Assembly: GCA_026936335.1 (NCBI GenBank)
Contig: JAPMXV010000044.1
Coordinates: forward strand, 496,001-560,000
Length of the DNA stretch: 64,000 nucleotides
Direction: 5' to 3'
Origin: Mantamonas sphyraenae STR306
Taxonomy: Eukaryota > Protista > CRuMs
In this document: positions 59,037-64,000 of the stretch, piece by piece
Layout: every line of letters starts with the position of its first letter
Numbering within the stretch: the first letter of the stretch is position 1
Program-made: the position numbers and the translations under genes
Notes under the pieces: generated by a model
Database searches by the model: none
Told to the model about the DNA's origin: nothing
Seen by the model: the letters and a program-made list of their open reading frames with translations, nothing else

Positions 59037-59076
59037 AGATGAAGATGAAGATGCTGGAGTGAAAATTGAAGTTCGT

Positions 59077-61311
59077 TCATTGTGAGGCCATTTGTGCGAC
59101 GAGCTCGTCGACGTCGCAGGGAATGCCGTCTTTCCAGAGAACCCACTCGCCAATGGCGACCTCTTGCCCGCCAAGCATCCAGACGGGGCGGCCGTCGGGG
59201 CCAACACGCCCCGCAGGGACGCAGGCAATGCCGGCGGCCTCGGCGACCTGTTGGACGTACTCGCGGTAGGTGATGTCTTTGACAGGAGGGCGAGTGGAGG
59301 AGGAGGAGGTTGTTGTGGTGTGCGAGTTGTCTGCGGGACGCGCGAGCTCGCGGACGCGTTCGACGACAGCGACAGCCTGGGGCAGGTCTCTGCCCTCGAC
59401 CCAGTCGTCGATGAGTGCGTAGGCGAGTCGAAGTTGAGCCTGGACCTGCTGGGAATCGAGGACATCTTGGCCAAGGAGGGAACTCCACATTTGGACCCAT
59501 GCCATGAGCTCTTCTGCGTCTGCACCGGCAGTGAGCCATGTGTGGAGACCGACCATCCAGTCGGGGAAAAACGAGTCGTGGAGCATGCCGACAAAGGCAG
59601 CAGGTGGAACGTGAGCGTGCCACTGCATGAGGAGACGAACATGGGCCTCGTCGACGTCAAATGGCTCACGTGCGGCGGCGCGGACCAGATCAGCGACACG
59701 GGGAAGGGCAACGGAGGCGACTGTGTCACGGCCAAGGACACGGGACCAAGGGCTGAGCCAGTCGGGCATGCCTGCGCTGGGGAGCCAGGAGCGCATCCAC
59801 GAAGCGATGCGCTTGCGTGCAGACTTGATGACGGCATGGCGGTCAGAGTCTGCAAGCTCGGGCAGCCATGGATGGACCCAGGTATGCATGCGGTTGGCGT
59901 CTGTGTCGCGCTGGCCGATGGCTCTGCGAAGCTGTTCGGCGACGAGATGGCGGACGTGTGCGGCCATCCATTCGGTGAGGGCAGGCTGCCATTGCTGGAG
60001 GGTGGCAAGGAGTGCGTCGGAGGCACGATGGTCGCGCATGGAGCAGTTTGTGATCTGCTGGCGCAGCCAGGGGATGACAAGTTGCCACTGAAGGCGGCCG
60101 TAGACATCCTCGTCGGAAAATGGTTCAATGTGGCCGTGGTCTGGGTCGGGTACACAGTCGCGGATGGACTGAAGTCGCTGGACGACAGTGTGTGCGTCGC
60201 GAGGCAGCGCCTGGATCCAGGTGCGTACTGCTGGAAAGACGAGAGGAACGACAAGCTGGTGGAGGCGGAACTGGCGGTATGCGCTCGGGTGAGCCTGGCG
60301 ATACTGCTGGAGGGTGGTAAGGACGGCATGCCAGTCATCAGCGCTGTCGACGCAGGCCTGAACGCAGGCCTGGACGTCTGCGACAGCGTTGACGCGTTCG
60401 AGGTCGCGGCGTGTGGCAGCTTCGTACTCGGCCTCCTGGCGCTGCAAGACAGCGAGCTGGGACTGATGATGGGTGGACTTTGCGTCGAGATGTGCAATGT
60501 GTGCGCGGGACATGTCGACGAGGGTGCGGAGATTGTCCTTGAGCGGGAGGTCGTCGTTGCGGGCGGTGGAGGCGGACGCTTCGGCAAGGGAGTTGAGGAG
60601 GCGCGTCTGCGGGCCGCGCATGTCGACGACGACCATAGGCGAGTGGAGGGAGGATTCTGGAGTGTGTGTGTCCGCATATTGGATGCGAGGCGCCTTTGGG
60701 GTGCGAGACGAACTGCGGCGCCACTCACCGTGGCGCTGTGGGGTGGTGGTCGAGTGGTGAGTGCCGTGTGGGTCGTGGTGGCCTTGGTCGTCTTGAGAGG
60801 TCGTGTCTGCCTGGATGGAGCGAAAGTCGTTTGCAGCGGTGTCGTTCTCGTTGATTCCGGCGCCGTGTTCGCGGATGATCACCTGGACGGGCTTGACAAT
60901 GCCACGGGACGGGTCTTTGCCCATTGCACCGCCGGTGTAGCCCATTTTGCGCATGAGCTTGGAGCCAATGCCCTTTGTGTGCTTCTCGAACTTTGCAAAG
61001 TCGGCGTCGTGGCCAGCAAAGGCGGGCGCGGATTCCGTGCGCTTACGCGGACGTCGTGAGGATGAGCGGCGGGGAGAGGGGGGAGGGGAAGGGGAGGAGG
61101 AAGAGGAAGAGGAGGAGGAGGAGGAGGAGCTGACGAAGCGAACGGCGGAAGAGGAGGAGCGGTTCGGGGTAGGGGACGGGGAGCGCGGAGGGGCAAAGAC
61201 GCCATAGATTGGGTCGAGGTCGTCTTTGCGGCGGCGTTTGTGGGAGTGGTGAGAGGAAGGGTCCTCGTCCTCTTCTTCGTCTGAGGATGAGTCGTCTGCG
61301 AAGAAGTTCAT
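59077..61311 (-). CDS. TFIP11: Tuftelin-interacting protein 11 / Ntr1 (spliceosome disassembly factor; G-patch + GCFC domain), intronless
   Basis: IYGVF N-terminal motif, G-patch FEKHTKGIGSKLMRKMGYTGGAMGKDPSRGIVKPV, VVDMRGPQTR, PLKDNLRTLVD, MHTWVHPWLP and FFPDWMVGLHTWL. Likely ATG 61311. Confidence 0.9.
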   Translation of the reverse strand: MNFFADDSSSDEEEDEDPSSHHSHKRRRKDDLDPIYGVFAPPRSPSPTPNRSSSSAVRFVSSSSSSSSSSSSSPSPPPSPRRSSSRRPRKRTESAPAFAGHDADFAKFEKHTKGIGSKLMRKMGYTGGAMGKDPSRGIVKPVQVIIREHGAGINENDTAANDFRSIQADTTSQDDQGHHDPHGTHHSTTTPQRHGEWRRSSSRTPKAPRIQYADTHTPESSLHSPMVVVDMRGPQTRLLNSLAEASASTARNDDLPLKDNLRTLVDMSRAHIAHLDAKSTHHQSQLAVLQRQEAEYEAATRRDLERVNAVADVQACVQACVDSADDWHAVLTTLQQYRQAHPSAYRQFRLHQLVVPLVFPAVRTWIQALPRDAHTVVQRLQSIRDCVPDPDHGHIEPFSDEDVYGRLQWQLVIPWLRQQITNCSMRDHRASDALLATLQQWQPALTEWMAAHVRHLVAEQLRRAIGQRDTDANRMHTWVHPWLPELADSDRHAVIKSARKRIASWMRSWLPSAGMPDWLSPWSRVLGRDTVASVALPRVADLVRAAAREPFDVDEAHVRLLMQWHAHVPPAAFVGMLHDSFFPDWMVGLHTWLTAGADAEELMAWVQMWSSLLGQDVLDSQQVQAQLRLAYALIDDWVEGRDLPQAVAVVERVRELARPADNSHTTTTSSSSTRPPVKDITYREYVQQVAEAAGIACVPAGRVGPDGRPVWMLGGQEVAIGEWVLWKDGIPCDVDELVAQMASQ

Positions 61312-61387
61312 GGTGTTGTTGGGTGGGGAAGCGGGGGAGGGAAGGGTTGGCATGGATCATGAAGAAGGTTCATTGGGTCAGATCTGC

Positions 61388-62618
61388 TTATTTCTTGAAG
61401 GTCTTGAAGCAGTAGAGGGGTGCGAGGACGAGCACGGTGACAAAGGCGAGGAAGAGGAAAAGGTTGGCCGGAGCAAAGAAGAGAGCGTTCCAGCTGTAGC
61501 CGGTGCCAGCGCGCTGGATGGTGTAGCCCTGGCCAGAGAGGCAGTAGCGGCTGTCCTGGGTAGTGCACGAGGAGGAACCTGGGCGGCATCGCTGGCAGAC
61601 ACCCTTGTCGCAAACGCCCTCCCAGAGGACGGTGTACTTGCTGTCCTTCTCGACGTACTGGCCGCAGAAGGCCTTTTCGTTCTCGTCCTTCTTGAGGTTC
61701 ACGCTGTTGACATCGTTGGAGCAGAACTGGCCGACCTTGCTGGTGTCGGGTGCGACACAGGTACCGTACTCACTCTGTGGAGGGGGGCGGAGATTGAGAG
61801 TCAGCGGGCCGTTTTGCTCTTGCGAAGGAGGCGTTTGGTTTGTGGCGGGCATGGCGGTTGCAGGGGAGGACGAGGCACCCAATGCAGGGTGCAAAGTGGG
61901 CCAAGGATAGGTGTGGAGGGAGAAAGGATGCAGACGGGGGGCGGTGGCGGGCGGTTGTGCGGGAGGGCGGACTTGCTGCAAAGGGCGCGCAGACCAAGTA
62001 GCCGTTGTGCGGAAAGGGCAGCCTGTGTGGCCATGCACAGAGCTGGAGAGAACATGGATGGGCGAGGACGGCTCGGGCAACAACGGCCGAGGGCAGGGGG
62101 AGGTTGGGACACAATGCAGGTAGCAGGTGGAGCCAAAGGGAGGCGTGGCGTGGAAGCAGGTTACGGATCCACAAAAAAAAAGTTGACCAAGGGGGCAAGA
62201 TGCCGCAGCGCTGGCGCAGGTATGCACAGAGGACACAAGGAATGGGGAGGTGCGATGGGTGGAAGGCAGGAACAGGGGAGGAGGGTGGGTGGAGGGGCAG
62301 GGGAGGTTGCGGAGGGGCGGTTTTGCGGGAGGAGTTTTGCGGGGGCTGGTGGAGAGACAAAGACACGGACGGACGTACCTGGCCCTTGACGTTGTAACAG
62401 ATCTGGCTGAGGCCACAGTGGCAGTCCTTGGTGTTGGACTCTGGGTTGCAGGCCATGCAGACCATCTTGGTGGTGGCGTTGGCACTGGCGGTGTAGTCGA
62501 GCGCACAGATGGGCTTGCCCTGCTCCGTGGCGCAGTCGTTGTAGGTCTTGCACTCCTTTGCAGTTGTGAGAGCAACCAGGGCCACGAGGGCGATACAGAT
62601 GATGAGTTTTGCCTGCAT
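61388..62618 (-). CDS. Cys-rich (16-Cys) type I membrane protein, paralog C (beta type); exons 62618-62379, 61774-61388
   Basis: MQAKLIICIALVALVALTTA-KECKTYNDC...CYNVKGQ | SEYGTC...NLKKDENEKAFCG...WEGVCDKGVCQRC...TM...KTFKK. Intron in the same position as in paralog B. Confidence 0.87.
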
Positions 62619-63092
62619 TGTGATTGTTCAGGTGGATTTTTTGTTGGTTGCCCGTGGGGGGCGATGGCCGGAGGAGGAGTTGCTGGCAGACGCGGGTGTG
62701 TGATCATGGGAGGGGAGGAGGAGAGGGGAGAGGAGGGAAGGGACCGGGTGTTGGGTCAGGGAGGAGTGGAAGGGAGGGTGGTGGCGCGTGTTGGGGATCG
62801 GAGGCGGGGAATCGTCCGGTGTCCGGGATGCGCGAGGCGAACGAACCGCGCGTCGGGACGCAAGAAATTTTTTCCTTGTGAATTCTGGTAGGTGAAAGGA
62901 GCAGAGGGGCGAGAAAGGAGGGAGGGACGGGAGCAGGGATTGGAGGGATCGGAGGAGGAGAGGGAGTGGGAGGAGGAAGGTGGAAAAGCAAGAGGAAGAA
63001 AGGCGGTGCGCGCTTGGACAAGGCAGGTCACCAAATTTTGCAACGGCTACAACGCTGACCCGGAGCGGTTTTTTGGGCTGGAACAGAGAAAG

Positions 63093-63830
63093 ATGCGCGT
63101 TCTGCTGCTGGTAACTCTTTCGCTTTTGCTGTGCTTTGCGTGCGCCAAGACATGCACCAAGGCAAACGACTGCGCGTCGGTAGGTTGGCGCGTGGGAGGG
63201 GGAGGGGGCGAGACACAGAAAAATTGGCGGCCCTCCTAGAGGGCGTCCCGGAGGGAAGAAGGATGGGAGCTGACAGAAGCGCACACCCTACAGGAGACGG
63301 GCAAGCCGATTTGTGCTCTGGACAAGGGTGCAGAGGCCAACAGCACTGCGCTGGGCTGCCTTCAGTGCAACCCGGGCGCAGCGGACAAGGACTGCGGCTG
63401 CCCCATGGGCCAGGTGTGCATGAACGTGCCGGGCAAGAGCACCTGGGGTACATGTGTGGCTGAGAACACCACGGCAGTTGGGCGTGCGTGCGACTCGCGC
63501 GTCAACTCGGTGAACCTGAACAAGGACAACGACCTGATGTTCTGCGGCGCGTACGTGGTGGAGAAGGACGTGTTTTATGTGCAGTGGAGTGGTGCGTGCG
63601 TGCAGAACTCATGCATGCGCTGCCGCCCCGAGTCGAGCACATGCTCGACGGTGAACGGTGACCATCGCACGTGCGTTGGCGGCGACGGGTACAGCTCGTC
63701 GGTTGCAGGCACCCTGTCGTGGAGCTATCTTGGATCCAACCAGCCTGCTCTGATGTGGTTCTTCCTGGCGCTGTTTCTTATCCCCACGTCCATCATTCTG
63801 TTCTGGACCAAGTGCGTCAAGTCGGCTTGA
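63093..63830 (+). CDS. Cys-rich (16-Cys) type I membrane protein, paralog D (alpha type); exons 63093-63179, 63294-63830
   Basis: Signal peptide + KTCTKANDCAS | ETGKPIC...FCG...VQWSGACVQNSCMRC...TM...KCVKSA. Intron in the same position as in paralog A. Confidence 0.87.
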
Positions 63831-64000
63831 AAACGGGTTTGAAGGCCGTGTGAGTGATTGAGGGAATGAAACGGAGTTGAGATGCCGGGAAGTTTGTTGG
63901 GGGGGATGGGGAGGGGTGGGGGGGGCGGGGGGATGGGAGTGTGTGGGGGTGCGCGGTGGCTGGCAAAGGTTGTGGGTATGATGTCTGAAGCAGAGGTCGT

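Noticed and set aside
1525-61130. Trinucleotide runs (GCT at ~1525 and ~9930; GAG at ~24680, ~55240 and ~61100)
   Set aside because: They encode ordinary poly-Ser/poly-Glu low-complexity tracts.
1-64000. Non-standard genetic code, tRNA/rRNA genes, telomeric repeats
   Set aside because: Conserved proteins translate cleanly with the standard code and TGA, TAG and TAA all terminate genes. No recognisable structural RNA or telomere array was seen, though no covariance search could be run.

Overview
Gene-dense, GC-rich eukaryotic (protist-like) genomic DNA with short GT-AG introns and very short intergenic gaps. There is no sign of prokaryotic operons, CRISPR arrays, rRNA, tRNA or transposons. 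About 16 protein-coding genes can be modelled. Left to right: the 3' end of a helical-repeat protein, a RasGEF, an NDUFA7-like complex I subunit, a P2X receptor, a ~2,800-aa protein with a degenerate (pseudo) class III cyclase domain, proteasome alpha6 (PSMA1), a JTB-like membrane protein, Rab21, a soluble fungal-type adenylyl cyclase fused to an axonemal dynein light-chain (p28/AXDND1-like) domain, and seipin. Next is a ~10,000-aa surface protein: signal peptide, LamG, EGF/PSI, ~60 bacterial-type cadherin-like repeats including a nested 2,433/672-bp higher-order duplication, ~6 repeats of a second type, 3 predicted TM segments and a cytosolic EF-hand. It is followed by four paralogous 16-Cys type I membrane proteins arranged as two alpha/beta pairs around TFIP11. 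Best candidates for a new system: the giant chimeric adhesin/receptor with the adjacent paired Cys-rich surface proteins, the dynein-light-chain/adenylyl cyclase fusion, and a sawtooth G/C strand skew that resets at divergent promoters. All family assignments are motif recognition by eye, and gene models were spliced by hand.
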